Shown here: in pieces, positions 19,743 through 30,540 of the stretch | Layout: each line of letters opens with the position of its first letter | How positions within the stretch are numbered: position 1 is the first letter of the stretch | From: Planctomycetota bacterium | GTDB taxonomy: Bacteria > Planctomycetota > GCA-002687715 > CAIWVZ01 | Direction: 5' to 3' | Assembly: GCA_044222185.1 (NCBI GenBank) | Contig: JBGANV010000003.1 | Location: forward strand, 480,001-544,000 | Length of the DNA stretch: 64,000 nucleotides | Translations under genes and position numbers: made by a program | The notes under the pieces: model-generated | What the model saw: the letters and a program-made list of their open reading frames with translations, nothing else | Told to the model about the DNA's origin: nothing | Database searches by the model: none

Positions 19743-22700
19743 TGGACGAGTCCACGAGCGAATCCGCGCGCACCAGGTTCCGGCAGATTCTCTCCGCGGA
19801 CCTTCGTGCCGGACGGGTCCGCAGCCTCAGCGAATACCAGGAACGCTTCCCCGAGTGCCCAGACGTCATCGAGGCCGAATACGACGCCCGACTCGACCGC
19901 CTGCTGGAGGTCACGGACGAGCAGCATTCCTCCGCGGATTCCGCCACGTTTCGATCGCCACCACCGCCAGTCCCCGACCCGGACGACCGGCGATGGATCG
20001 GTCAGTACCACATCCTGCGGTTGATCGGCCGCGGAGGGCAGGGTTCCGTCTTTCTCGCCCACGACACCAAACTCCGGCGCGACGTGGCCATCAAGCTCTT
20101 GGCAGGCGCCGGCGGAACGGGCGCCGACGTTCTCGGTCGCTGCAGGCGCGAAGTGGCGGCCCTGTCCCGAATCCATCACCCGGGCGTTTGCGACGTCTTC
20201 GACACGGGGCTCGTAGACGGGATTCCATACATCGTCATGCGATTCGTCGACGGCGAGTCTCTCGCACAACGGATCACATGGACCGTCGCCCGGTCGGGTG
20301 GGACGCCGGGCTGTGCCGACGTCGCTCCCACGGACGCGGCGAGCGGTGCGGCGGAGGACCCACGGGATCGGGCCACTGTGCTGCGCGCCGTCCGGCTTGT
20401 CGAGCAGGTCGCGCAATCGCTGCACGCGGCGCACGAGGTGGGGATCGTCCACCGTGACGTGAAGCCAGCGAACATCATGGTGACGAGGGCCGGCGAGCCG
20501 GTCATCCTGGATTTCGGACTTGCACGTCAGGTCGACAGCCAGTCCGTGACCCTGACTCGCCCCGGCGACGCCGTCGGGACTCCGCGATACATGTCGCCCG
20601 AGCAACTCGGTCCCGACTCCCGCATCGCCCTCGATCGCCGCACGGATGTGTGGTCACTTGGCGTGGTCCTCTTCGAATGCCTCACGTGCCGGCATCCGTT
20701 CGACCGCGGGTCACCGGCGTCGCTCGTCGCCGCGATCCAGACCGAGGAGACCCCAGACCCTCGTCGCCACAACGCGTCGATCAACAGGGATCTGAAGACG
20801 ATCATCGAGAAGGCCCTCGAGAAAGATCGGACGCGGCGGTATGCCACCGCGGACGCCTTCGCACGAGACCTGCGGAACCTGCTCGAATACCGTCCGATCG
20901 AGGCCCGGCCGGCGAGCCTCATCACACGGACGGTTCGCCTCCTGCGCCGCCACCCGCTCACGACCGCGTCCTCGGCTACGGCCATCGCGATGCTGCTCCT
21001 CGCCCTCTGCGTCCCGGGCCTGTGGATTCGCGCTCCCCGACCGCCGACCGGCCTGCGCTTCGGGTCCGTCGCTCCGGCTCGCACGCGCGAGATGGCAGCG
21101 CAACTTCAGGTGGAGGTGCGCGCGGCCGACGCCGGGGCGGACTCCCCCTGGACTCCAGCCCCGATCGACGGGGAACTCGTGCGGCTGCCCCCGGGGAGAT
21201 ACATCCTCCGCATCCGGCGGACGAACGCATTCCCCTACGTGAGCCCGCGACCGGTGACGGTCGTCGACGGCGAGACACCGACGATCACCGCCCTGCTCAC
21301 TCCCATCGAGACCTGGTCGTCACACATCGGCGCGATCCGCTCTCGGCCCGTCGTTCGGAGGCGCGTGGGGATGTCGCCCGAGGTCATCGTGCGCAACGAC
21401 GCTGGACTGCGCCGTCTACAGGCGCTCTCGGGCATGGAGCGAGAGCGCCTCACGCAGACCACGAGTTCGGGGCCAGCGCAGGAATGGCTCTCGAGCGAGA
21501 CCATTCCCCTGCGTCTCTTCTCGCGGTGCAGCGGCGGGATCAAGGTCTACGATCTGCCGTCCAAGGAAGGTCAGGATCTCGAGGGACACAGCCTGGGCGT
21601 CGACGTCGCGCGAATCGCACGGATGGAGGTGGTCGGCGACGTGGACGGCGACGGCGTCGACGACTGCGCCGTCGCTCTGCTCGCAGATGGTTCGGGCCCC
21701 GGGAGGGTCGACCTGTTTTCCGGCAAGGATCAGCAGAGGCTGATGACGGCGACAGCCCAGGTCCGTCGGTGCGACGTGATCACCTCGTTGCGTGATCCGC
21801 GCGGTAGCTTGTCGGCGCTCGTCGTCGCCGCGGACGAGCGCGTGAGGATCCTCGGGCCACGCGGCGAGTGTCTCGAGACCTGGACCGTGCCACGCGGCGT
21901 CGACACGGTGGTCGGCGCCGCTGGCGCGTCGTGGCCCGCGCCGATCGCGGTCGCCGGCGCGTTCGGCGCAATCCTCGTGGAACCAGGAACTGCTGGACGA
22001 CCGCTTCGTCTGAGTTCGAGCCCAGGCTGCGCCATCGCGGCGGCGCGATCACCCGAGGGCGCCGCCATCTTCGTGCTCGCAACGGCGAGCGGCGTCTCGG
22101 GCTACGCCGCCGACGGACGACTCCTCTGGGAAACCGCGCTCGTGCTCGTCCCGCCGATACGATTGTCGATCGGCGATCTCGACGGTGTGGCTGGCGACGA
22201 GGTCGTCGTTGCCGGCGGCAATGGCATCCTGCGAGCGCTCTCCGGGACGTCGCACGAGGAATCCTGGAGCTACGAAACCGGTGCAGCGATCCTCTATCCG
22301 CCTGTCGTCGCTGACCTGGACGGTGAAGGTACGTGCGGGGTCATCGTCGCGGGTGCAGACGACCAGTTGCGCGCGCTGCGCGGTTCACCTGGGAGCAGGG
22401 TCTGGACCGCCACCGTCGAATACGCCCTCGGGGCACGCGCGCAGCTCGTCACTCGGCCGCACCTCTCGCCGGTCGTGGTGATCGGAGCCGCGGGCTATGG
22501 GGCGGCGCCCTACGAGACCGCGATGTCGGGGCCGTGCGTTCGGGCATTCGATGCCTGGAGCGGAGGCGACGTCTGGTCCTACTTCTCCGGCTCCGCCTTG
22601 CTGTGGTGCCCGGACGTTGTGGACCTCGACGGTGACGGAACCTCCGACACGCTCGTGCAAGAGCGAAGCGGAAGGCTCCTCGGGCTCCGCGCGACCGATG

Positions 22701-23593
22701 GCGGGATCAGCTTCGACCATCCGATCAACGGAGAGTTCGCGTTCGCGGCTCCGCGGATCGCCGATCTCGACGGCAACGGGAAACCCGAGATCCTCTACAA
22801 GGAGATCGTCTACGGAGACTCAACGTCGGAAACACGGTTGGTGGCCCTCGACCCTCGTACACGGCGCGAGCTGTGGCGTTGTGCCGACGCTTCGATCCGC
22901 CGAAGTTCCGCACTCGTCGTCGGTGACATCGACGGAGATCGCAAGCCGGACGTCGTCTGCACGTGTGGGCCTGAGGGCTACGTCATCCTCGACGCCGCGA
23001 CAGGAGCCGTCATCCGAACGGAACCGCCTCCGCAGGAGACCTACGCCGTCCCGCCGGCGATGATCGACGACGTCGACGGCGATGGCGTCGCGGATTGGAT
23101 CGTGGGCTTCAGGACACGGGATTTCCGCAAGGCCGACTCTCAGCTCGTCGTACTGGATGGTCGAAGTCGGCGGGTGCTCTGGCGAGTCCGAGACCTCAGC
23201 TACGACGCCCCTCCCGCGCTCGCCGACGTCGACGGGAACGGCAAGGCGGTCATCGTCTCCGATGGCGATGGATCGGTGCGTGCATTTCGCGGCCGGGATG
23301 GACGCGAACTTTGGAAGCCACAGAGGATCTCGTCGATCGGGCTGTACTCCGCCGCCGTCGTGGGCGATCTCGACGGCGACGGTCACCCCGAGATCGTCGT
23401 CGGTGCCGAAGACCGCAGGGTGTGCGTGTTGGATGGCCGCAGTGGCGCGCTTCTTCGCGCCTTCGGTACGCAGGCCGCCGTCCTCGGCACGGCACTCCTG
23501 ACGGACCTCGACGGCGATGGACGTCTCGAGGTCATCATCGGTGCCGACGACGGCAAGCTCCATTGCCTCCGCTACGTGCCGCCCGCGCGCTGA
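19739..23593 (+). CDS. Hanks-type Ser/Thr kinase with TM helix and extracellular FG-GAP/PQQ-like beta-propeller
   Basis: [21 protein letters not shown] and SPE motifs. TM segment [11 protein letters not shown]. Many (G/A)DLDGDG repeats. Confidence 0.92.
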   Translation: MMDESTSESARTRFRQILSADLRAGRVRSLSEYQERFPECPDVIEAEYDARLDRLLEVTDEQHSSADSATFRSPPPPVPDPDDRRWIGQYHILRLIGRGGQGSVFLAHDTKLRRDVAIKLLAGAGGTGADVLGRCRREVAALSRIHHPGVCDVFDTGLVDGIPYIVMRFVDGESLAQRITWTVARSGGTPGCADVAPTDAASGAAEDPRDRATVLRAVRLVEQVAQSLHAAHEVGIVHRDVKPANIMVTRAGEPVILDFGLARQVDSQSVTLTRPGDAVGTPRYMSPEQLGPDSRIALDRRTDVWSLGVVLFECLTCRHPFDRGSPASLVAAIQTEETPDPRRHNASINRDLKTIIEKALEKDRTRRYATADAFARDLRNLLEYRPIEARPASLITRTVRLLRRHPLTTASSATAIAMLLLALCVPGLWIRAPRPPTGLRFGSVAPARTREMAAQLQVEVRAADAGADSPWTPAPIDGELVRLPPGRYILRIRRTNAFPYVSPRPVTVVDGETPTITALLTPIETWSSHIGAIRSRPVVRRRVGMSPEVIVRNDAGLRRLQALSGMERERLTQTTSSGPAQEWLSSETIPLRLFSRCSGGIKVYDLPSKEGQDLEGHSLGVDVARIARMEVVGDVDGDGVDDCAVALLADGSGPGRVDLFSGKDQQRLMTATAQVRRCDVITSLRDPRGSLSALVVAADERVRILGPRGECLETWTVPRGVDTVVGAAGASWPAPIAVAGAFGAILVEPGTAGRPLRLSSSPGCAIAAARSPEGAAIFVLATASGVSGYAADGRLLWETALVLVPPIRLSIGDLDGVAGDEVVVAGGNGILRALSGTSHEESWSYETGAAILYPPVVADLDGEGTCGVIVAGADDQLRALRGSPGSRVWTATVEYALGARAQLVTRPHLSPVVVIGAAGYGAAPYETAMSGPCVRAFDAWSGGDVWSYFSGSALLWCPDVVDLDGDGTSDTLVQERSGRLLGLRATDGGISFDHPINGEFAFAAPRIADLDGNGKPEILYKEIVYGDSTSETRLVALDPRTRRELWRCADASIRRSSALVVGDIDGDRKPDVVCTCGPEGYVILDAATGAVIRTEPPPQETYAVPPAMIDDVDGDGVADWIVGFRTRDFRKADSQLVVLDGRSRRVLWRVRDLSYDAPPALADVDGNGKAVIVSDGDGSVRAFRGRDGRELWKPQRISSIGLYSAAVVGDLDGDGHPEIVVGAEDRRVCVLDGRSGALLRAFGTQAAVLGTALLTDLDGDGRLEVIIGADDGKLHCLRYVPPAR

Positions 23594-23811
23594 TGTTGCG
23601 GCTCAGCGGCGGAGCGCGGTGAGCGCCATGCACCGAAACCTCGCCATGCACTGAGCGAGCGCCCACGGACCCGCGCCGCTGTTGCTTCACGGCGCCCGCC
23701 GTGCCCCGAGAAATTCCTGCGGTGTTTGCGGCTTTCTATTCGACGCGACACGGCGCGTGATCGGCCGATAGCACCTGGCTTGCGTCGCGTGGCGATCCGC
23801 GAGCCTCTTGC

Positions 23812-25245
23812 GTGCGCGCCGCACAATGGAGCAAGTCCGTGAGAGCACGATTCCGAACCAAGGCTCGGTCACATTCCCCGGTCGATTCAGGCGCGTCGTC
23901 GGCGACAAGGCGACGAATCAGGGTTGGAGGCCCAAATCGACCCCGCGTCGGATTGGCCTGCGCCGTTGGGCTCGTCCTCACGCTGGCCGCTGCAGGAGCC
24001 CGGGCGCAAGTCTGGGTGGGTGCCAATTGGAGCGGCACGACGTGGGCGACTGCGTCAAACACGGGCCCGACGCCGCGATCCCGTCACGCCATGGCCTACG
24101 ACAGCGCCCGCGGAAGGACGGTGCTGTTCGGCGGAACCGATGGTCAAAGCCAGACCTGGGAATGGGACGGCCATACGTGGGCGCAACGCTTCCCCTCGAA
24201 CGTGCCTCCGTCTCGCGCCGGACATGCGATGGCCTATGACCGTGCGCGAGGCGTGACCGTGATGTTCGGCGGGACGCAGACGAACCCGCTCGGAGACACC
24301 TGGGAATGGAACGGCACGACGTGGACCAACCCACCCGTCGTCGGCCCGACGCCTCGTGCAAATCTCGCCATGGCCTATGACATCGCGCGCGGAAAGACCG
24401 TCTTGTTTGGTGGAACGGATGGACAGAGTGAGACGTGGGAATGGGACGGCGTCGCCTGGGTGCAGCGGTTTCCTTTGAACCCGCCTCCGTTTCGCGCCGG
24501 CCACGCCATGGCGTACGACAGCTCGAGACACGTGACCGTGCTGTTTGGAGGCACGCAGAGCGGTCCACTCGGCGACACGTGGGAGTGGAACGGCTCGGCG
24601 TGGACCCAACAAGCAAGCACGGGTCCGACACCGCGCGCGTTCCACGCGATGGCCTTCGACGAAGCGCGCGGACGAATCGTGCTCTTCGGCGGATCTGACG
24701 GCCAGAATCAGACCTGGGAGTGGGACGGCGTTGCGTGGACGCAGCGCTTTTCGCAATGGGTGCCTCCGTTCCGTCGCGCGCACGCACTCGCCTACGACTC
24801 GGCTCGAGGCCGGACCGTGATGTTTGGCGGGTTCGATGGAGCGTCGCTCGGCGACACGCTGGAATGGGCGGCACCCTGCGAGATGGTCGCCGTGGGACAC
24901 CCGGGCGGAGGGCTTCCCCTGGGCTGCACCAGCGCCCCGGTCATCGGAAGCACGTCCTGCCTGGCCTTCCCGAACGCCAGCGCGCAGGGACTCATGGCGA
25001 TCGGAGTCGCGCCCGTGATCCATCCGCCACTCGCGACGACCACGCCGCTGACCTGCGCACCGGGCAACGCCTACGTGAACCCGTTCATCGTGCTTCCAGT
25101 CACCGGCGATCCGGGTGTGGTCTGCTTCTCGATCCCGCCCATCGCGACGCTGGCCGGGCAGAGCTTCTGCATCCAGGGTGGCTCGATCAACGCCGGCGGC
25201 TGTGTCCAGCTGACCAACGCCGTCGTGATCACGATCCAGCCCTGA
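23812..25245 (+). CDS. Secreted Kelch-repeat beta-propeller protein with C-terminal beta domain
   Basis: Six repeats of MAYD..RG.TVLFGG....TWEWDG. Signal peptide ending ARA|QV. Start codon uncertain. Confidence 0.85.
   Translation: MRAAQWSKSVRARFRTKARSHSPVDSGASSATRRRIRVGGPNRPRVGLACAVGLVLTLAAAGARAQVWVGANWSGTTWATASNTGPTPRSRHAMAYDSARGRTVLFGGTDGQSQTWEWDGHTWAQRFPSNVPPSRAGHAMAYDRARGVTVMFGGTQTNPLGDTWEWNGTTWTNPPVVGPTPRANLAMAYDIARGKTVLFGGTDGQSETWEWDGVAWVQRFPLNPPPFRAGHAMAYDSSRHVTVLFGGTQSGPLGDTWEWNGSAWTQQASTGPTPRAFHAMAFDEARGRIVLFGGSDGQNQTWEWDGVAWTQRFSQWVPPFRRAHALAYDSARGRTVMFGGFDGASLGDTLEWAAPCEMVAVGHPGGGLPLGCTSAPVIGSTSCLAFPNASAQGLMAIGVAPVIHPPLATTTPLTCAPGNAYVNPFIVLPVTGDPGVVCFSIPPIATLAGQSFCIQGGSINAGGCVQLTNAVVITIQP
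24064..24870 (+). repeat. Three intragenic 279-bp repeats, each encoding two Kelch blades
   Basis: GPTPR codons recur at 24064, 24343 and 24622. Confidence 0.8.
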
Positions 25246-25405
25246 CGACGGAACGGTGGGCACGCGTGCCGGCGACGCAAAGCCCCGTGGTCGGCGCAGG
25301 TCGTCGTACCGCTGACCGGCGGGATTCCCCCGCCGTCTGTCCTCAACCGCCACCCATCGGAGTTCCTGGAACGTCAGACGCGGCGGCGCCGCGGAAGGGT
25401 GTTCC

Positions 25406-28400
25406 ATGGTTCGACTGCATCGGGTGTTCTTGAGCGTGGCGGTCCTCGCGGCGGCCGTGTCGGGCCAGGCGATCCTCTCGGCGGCGGTCGTTCCGGTCGC
25501 GGTCGCGAGCGCGGTGCAATCCAACCCGGGGACGATGCCGCTGACGGCCTGGAGCGGCACCGTCTTCGTCCCCGGCGTCGCTGCGATGCGGCTGAAGTTC
25601 GACGTCGCGAGGCTCGCGGGAGCAGACGACGCCATCGTCGTCACGAACCCGCTCGATGGGCAGATCCAACGGCTCGATCCCGAGCACCTCGCCCAATGGA
25701 ACGACACGTCGGGATGGTTCAACGGCAACACGCTGACCGCCTCGCTCGAACTGGGACCGTTCTCCAGCGGCGCCGTCTCCGTCGGATCTGCGACGGTGCA
25801 GGTGGCGCCGCTCATCCCCGAGACGATCTGTTTCAGCGACGACAGAGCGCCCGTCCTCGATCTCCGCATGTTCCGGCTCGTGATCGGCACGAATCAGGGC
25901 ACGAACCTGTGCACGGGATTCGCCGTCGGCGGAGGGCTCGCGTTCGTCTCGGCCGGTCATTGCTTTGCTGGATTCACGGGGCTGTCCGTCGTCGCGGAGA
26001 CCAACGTCCCGCCTTCGACGAGCGCGGGCATCCTCGTCCATCCCGCGATCGTCGATCAGTTCCCGGCGGATGAGGCGTCCTTCGTGGTCAACGCGGGCGG
26101 ACCTGGCCATGACTGGGCCGTCGGGAGACTTCACCCCAATTCCGCCGGTGTGCCCGTCGGACAACTCGTCAGCGGTACGCTGTTTCCGACGAACGGTTTC
26201 GGCGGCGCCATCCTGGTCACGAGCTTCGGTGCCGACTCGACGCCCAACCTGACGCGCAACTACGTCGAGCAAGTGAGCGCGGGCACCGCCACACTGGGTA
26301 CGCCGGGCTCGAACATCCTTCTCCACGACGCGGATACCGACTCTGGCTCCGACGGCGCGCCGGTTTTCACGGTCACGAGCCTGGGGAACTTCGTTGCAGG
26401 CATCCACACAGGTGGTGGCTGCACTCAGTCCGGGGGCACGAACACGGCGACGTCGACTTCGGATCCCGCGTTCCAGGCGGCGCTCACGTCGGTTCGCGGC
26501 TGTGGGGATCTCCAACTGCTGGATGGACCGTCGCACCAGGTGGGCTGTGCGACTCCGAACTACTTTCTCACTCCGGTGCAGGCGCGCTGGAACGTCGTCG
26601 GAGTCTCGTCTCCGAGCAACTGGGACATCCGATTCGAGGGCATCTCGTCGGCCCTTGGCGGCAGCGCCTGCGACTTCCTCGTCGCCGACGGCCACGCGGG
26701 CCTCGTCCCGACGACGAGCGGCCCGCTCAATCGCGTCAGCGGGACGTCTCCCGCGCAGGTCCAATTCCAAAGTGCAACGGTCGTCCCCGTCGGGCAGACG
26801 CTCTCGTTGCCCTGGGCGAGCACCGACATCCTCGTCCCCTACGAGTTCCAGGTCACGGCGGCCGGCCAGCACACGATCAACCTGTTCGGCGACCCATCGT
26901 TGAGCTGGTTGCTCTTCGCGCCCGGGAGCGGTTCGAGTTGGTCGGCGCGCTCCAGCGCCATCGCGGTCGGTGGAATCGCGGGCGGCGGCCCCGTCACGAC
27001 ACCGTCGCTCACTCCCGGCGTCTACTGCCTCGTCGTGTTCCGCGACGGTGGTCCGGCGGCCGTGAGTCCATCGACGATCACCCTGAACGTCTGTCCCACG
27101 CAACCGACCATCAATCTGCAGCCTGGGATTCCGCAGCCGATCAACGGCGAGTGCCAGGCGTTCACGTTCACGCCGACACCGTCGATCTGGACTGGCGTCG
27201 CACTGGCGGCGTCGTCCGATTGGTCGCTGTCGGTCAGCGTCAACGTGGGCGTGAACCCGGCGCCGCTCACGGAGTTCGCCGTGGGGAACGGACACCTCGG
27301 CACGGTGATCCCGCAATCGGGCGTGATGGTCCGCATGGGCGGGCCGGGCCCGGCGACGGCCGAGCTCGTCACGGCGACGTCGCTCGGAAGCGGAGCGTAC
27401 ACGTCGACGACGCTCCCGGCAGGCCACGTGATGCGGCTCTTCGAGGTGACGACCACCGTGGCATTCAACTACGAGATCACGGTGACGGGCGATCCAGCGC
27501 TCAAGTGGTTCTACTGCACTCGTGCGAATGCAGGTTTGTTCGGGCGCACGCAGGTGCAGATCTCCGGAGACGTGGGCGACAACGGCGCGAGCGTGGCGGT
27601 CGGGCCTGGGACGTTTGCCATCGCCATCGTGTATGACGGCCCGGTGGCGGCGGTCGATCTTCCGTTCGCACTTCGCGTGGGCAGCGCGGCGTCGCACCTG
27701 ACGCTGAGCGGCCCGGGAGCGAGCGTCGCCGTGAGCAACTCCACGCAGTCGAGCTTCAGCTTCACGTCGGCACCGGCAGCCGCGCGCTGGAACGCCGTGG
27801 GCGTCGACGGTGGCTTCAGCCTCGTCGGCGGCTGGGGCATCTCCATGGGACCCGCTTCGTCTGCGAGCTCGTTCGCATCGGTGCTGCTTTCGAACGGGCG
27901 GCTCGGCTTCATCAACCCCGTGAACGGGATCATCCAGACCGGCACCGCGTTGAGCGCCGGCGGCGCCCTCCGTGAGGCGAACATCACGACGTTCAACGTC
28001 GGACCAACCAGCGGGACGGCGACGTTCTCGCCATTCCCGCTGTTTCACCTCTTCGAGTTCCAGGTGACTACCGCAGGTCTCTACGACATCACGGTGACGG
28101 GCCCCACGACTCACAACTGGTCCCTCTTCCGCCCGGGGACTTCGGCGGTGTGGCGGTCGCGGTCCGCCGCCGACCTGACGGCCCCGTTCGGGACCCAATC
28201 GGGCGTTGCGCTCCAGCCCGGGTGGCACGCGATTCTCGTCACGCGGGCGTCCGGTACGTTCGGCGGCAGCACCACCACGACGGCCACCGTCACACCGGCA
28301 CTGCAGCCTCTCCCCGTACTCACGTCGATCACGCCGCCGACCGCAGTCGCCGGCAGCGCGGACACGCAGCTGACCCTCGCCGGTAGCGGATTCAACGCAT

Positions 28401-29551
28401 TCAGCACCGTTCAGTGGGACTCCGCAACGAGCCTCGCGGTCTCGAGCGTGAGCGCGTCGACGATCGTGGTCACGGTGCCGGCCTCGCTCCTCGCGGCGCC
28501 GGGGGCACATACACTTCGAGTCTTCAATCCACTGCCCGCGGGCGGAACGTCGGCGGCTCAATCGTTCGACGTCACGGCACCGGTGCCGTCGATCGCTGCG
28601 CTGAGTCCGACGACGGCCGTGGCGGGAGGGCCCGCGTTCACGCTCGCCGTCACCGTGTCCGCTGGAACGCCCGTATTTTCCGGGAGCCTCGTCAACTGGA
28701 ACGGCACGCCATTGCCGACGGCACTCGTCGATGCGACGCATCTCACGGCCTCGGTATCCGCCGCCGACCTGTCGGCTGCCGGCATCGCGTCGATCACGGT
28801 GACGGCGACGCTGCCCGGCGGTGGGACGTCCTCCGCCGCGATGCTGCCGATCGTTCCGCCGCACATCATTGCGATCTCCCCCGCGTCACTTCCCCTGATG
28901 ACGCCGGCTTCGCCACTCGTGACGGTGACGGTGACTGGAACCGGTTTCCATCCAGGTTCGTTCGTGCGATCGGGTGCGATTGCGTTGCCGACGACGTTCG
29001 TGACGGCGACCCAGCTCACGTGCGGCGTCGGCCCGTCGATTCCCGAGACGCTCGCGCCTGGCGGTGTGTCGTTCACGGTCGAGAACGCGCACCTCGTGGT
29101 GTCGAACACGACGGCCGCGCTGGTGGCACCCGGCCGCGCCAACGACGGAACCGTGATCCGGTTCCCGATGGCCCCAGCCGCCGCTGAGGCCTTCGGTCTC
29201 CGCATCGAGGGAGGCAAACCCGGGGTGCCCTTCGTGCTCCTCGCGGACCTCGCGCCACCAGCACCGATCGCACAGTGGCCGACGCCCGCCGCGAACCTCC
29301 TGCTCGGCGTGGGTTTCGGCGCAACGACGATCCCCCTCATCGACGGAATCGGGATCTTCGGGCCCGCCAACTCGGCCGCCGTGCTCGGAATTGCGCCGTC
29401 GAGCCTCCCACCGCGCGGCCAGTTCACGCTGAACGGATTCACTCGGCCCTCGGCGCCGCTCGGCGTCTCGTTCACCCTCCAGGCAGCCTATCTCGACCCG
29501 ACGGCCCCGGCCGGATTCGTCCTGGGCTGGCCTCGCCTCGAACGACTCTGA
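25406..29551 (+). CDS. Large secreted trypsin-like (S1) domain protein with three internal beta repeats, IPT/TIG domains and a C-terminal domain
   Basis: Signal peptide. CTGF..SAGHC (His), DWAVG (Asp) and DTDSGSDGAPV in place of GxSG. IPT-like segments (LTSITP..LAGSGF, ISP..VTGTGF). Confidence 0.82.
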   Translation: MVRLHRVFLSVAVLAAAVSGQAILSAAVVPVAVASAVQSNPGTMPLTAWSGTVFVPGVAAMRLKFDVARLAGADDAIVVTNPLDGQIQRLDPEHLAQWNDTSGWFNGNTLTASLELGPFSSGAVSVGSATVQVAPLIPETICFSDDRAPVLDLRMFRLVIGTNQGTNLCTGFAVGGGLAFVSAGHCFAGFTGLSVVAETNVPPSTSAGILVHPAIVDQFPADEASFVVNAGGPGHDWAVGRLHPNSAGVPVGQLVSGTLFPTNGFGGAILVTSFGADSTPNLTRNYVEQVSAGTATLGTPGSNILLHDADTDSGSDGAPVFTVTSLGNFVAGIHTGGGCTQSGGTNTATSTSDPAFQAALTSVRGCGDLQLLDGPSHQVGCATPNYFLTPVQARWNVVGVSSPSNWDIRFEGISSALGGSACDFLVADGHAGLVPTTSGPLNRVSGTSPAQVQFQSATVVPVGQTLSLPWASTDILVPYEFQVTAAGQHTINLFGDPSLSWLLFAPGSGSSWSARSSAIAVGGIAGGGPVTTPSLTPGVYCLVVFRDGGPAAVSPSTITLNVCPTQPTINLQPGIPQPINGECQAFTFTPTPSIWTGVALAASSDWSLSVSVNVGVNPAPLTEFAVGNGHLGTVIPQSGVMVRMGGPGPATAELVTATSLGSGAYTSTTLPAGHVMRLFEVTTTVAFNYEITVTGDPALKWFYCTRANAGLFGRTQVQISGDVGDNGASVAVGPGTFAIAIVYDGPVAAVDLPFALRVGSAASHLTLSGPGASVAVSNSTQSSFSFTSAPAAARWNAVGVDGGFSLVGGWGISMGPASSASSFASVLLSNGRLGFINPVNGIIQTGTALSAGGALREANITTFNVGPTSGTATFSPFPLFHLFEFQVTTAGLYDITVTGPTTHNWSLFRPGTSAVWRSRSAADLTAPFGTQSGVALQPGWHAILVTRASGTFGGSTTTTATVTPALQPLPVLTSITPPTAVAGSADTQLTLAGSGFNAFSTVQWDSATSLAVSSVSASTIVVTVPASLLAAPGAHTLRVFNPLPAGGTSAAQSFDVTAPVPSIAALSPTTAVAGGPAFTLAVTVSAGTPVFSGSLVNWNGTPLPTALVDATHLTASVSAADLSAAGIASITVTATLPGGGTSSAAMLPIVPPHIIAISPASLPLMTPASPLVTVTVTGTGFHPGSFVRSGAIALPTTFVTATQLTCGVGPSIPETLAPGGVSFTVENAHLVVSNTTAALVAPGRANDGTVIRFPMAPAAAEAFGLRIEGGKPGVPFVLLADLAPPAPIAQWPTPAANLLLGVGFGATTIPLIDGIGIFGPANSAAVLGIAPSSLPPRGQFTLNGFTRPSAPLGVSFTLQAAYLDPTAPAGFVLGWPRLERL

Positions 29552-29583
29552 AAGTGCGAGTCGGACCGCGCGCGACGGCGCCG

Positions 29584-29625
29584 TTGACATCGTCAAACCA
29601 TCCGGTATATTAAACCGCATGGTTT
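29584..29625 (+). promoter_or_regulatory. Sigma70 promoter and palindromic operator of the ArsR gene (probably a leaderless transcript)
   Basis: TTGACA at 29584-89 and TATATT at 29606-11. Palindrome AAACC-GCAT-GGTTT at 29612-25 overlaps the ATG. A second imperfect copy AAACCATCCGGTAT lies at 29595-608. Confidence 0.75.
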
Positions 29626-29978
29626 TAGATCGATCGCCAAGGCTCGACGTCGTCTTCCGCGCGCTGGCGCACCCGGCCCGGCGCGCCATGATCCGGCAAC
29701 TGTCGGATGGCGAGCGCAACCTCAGCGAGCTGGCCTCTCCCCTCGAGATGACCTTCCCGGCCGCCAGCAAGCACGTGCGCGTGCTGGAGCAGGCCAAGCT
29801 CGTGCGCCGTCGCGTCGTGGGACGCGAGCATCTCTGTCGTCTGGACGCGGCGCCGCTCAAGGACGCGATGCTCTGGACGGAGCAGTTCCGCAAGAACTGG
29901 GAGGCTCGCTTCCAAGCCCTCGATTCACTCCTCGACGAAATGCAGTCGGAGGAGAAACGCCGCGCTCCCCGCCGGTAG
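29619..29978 (+). CDS. ArsR/SmtB family transcriptional regulator (SRPBCC-associated)
   Basis: VFRALAHPARR and SKHVRVLEQAKLV motifs. Confidence 0.9.
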   Translation: MVLDRSPRLDVVFRALAHPARRAMIRQLSDGERNLSELASPLEMTFPAASKHVRVLEQAKLVRRRVVGREHLCRLDAAPLKDAMLWTEQFRKNWEARFQALDSLLDEMQSEEKRRAPRR

Positions 29979-30024
29979 TCGTCACATCCGCAATCACCCC
30001 ATCGTCCATCACGAGGATCGCTTC

Positions 30025-30525
30025 ATGCCCGCGAACCAGCCAGGTGGCCTTCAAGTTTCCACTCCAACTGACACGACCATCGTCCTCACCCGCACGTTCA
30101 GGGCACCGCGCGAGCTGGTGTGGGAAGCGATGTTCACGCCCGCGAGGATGCGCCGCTGGATGCTCCCTCCGCCGGGTTTCATCCTCACCGTCTGCGAGTG
30201 CGACGCGCGGCTGGGCGGCGGGTTGAAGCTCGTGTGGAAGACCGACGAGGCGGATCCGGCCATGACGCTTCATGGAGTGTTCACCGAGGTCGTGCTGCAT
30301 GAACGGATCGTTCACACCGAAACGATGACGCTCGGCACGGGGCAGGTCGTGGGCTCGTTGCTCGAGATGCACGAGTTCACCGAGAAGGGCGGAATCACCA
30401 CGATGCGCATCACGCAGACGTACGACTCGAAGGAAGCCCGCGACGAGGCTGTCGGCTCGGGAATGGACTGCGGCATGGAAGCCGGATACGTCCAGTTGGA
30501 CACGCTGCTCGCGCAGTCCGCATAG
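30025..30525 (+). CDS. SRPBCC/AHSA1 domain protein
   Basis: LTRTFRAPRELVWEA and ERIVHTE motifs. Confidence 0.88.
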   Translation: MPANQPGGLQVSTPTDTTIVLTRTFRAPRELVWEAMFTPARMRRWMLPPPGFILTVCECDARLGGGLKLVWKTDEADPAMTLHGVFTEVVLHERIVHTETMTLGTGQVVGSLLEMHEFTEKGGITTMRITQTYDSKEARDEAVGSGMDCGMEAGYVQLDTLLAQSA

Positions 30526-30540
30526 GAAGGAACCACTCAC

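Noticed and set aside
24064-24870. Regular DNA repeats as a possible CRISPR array
   Set aside because: The repeats are degenerate at third codon positions and encode Kelch blades. No spacers or cas genes are present.
25343-28864. 1173-aa minus-strand ORF
   Set aside because: It is the antisense shadow of the secreted trypsin-like gene and has no motifs.
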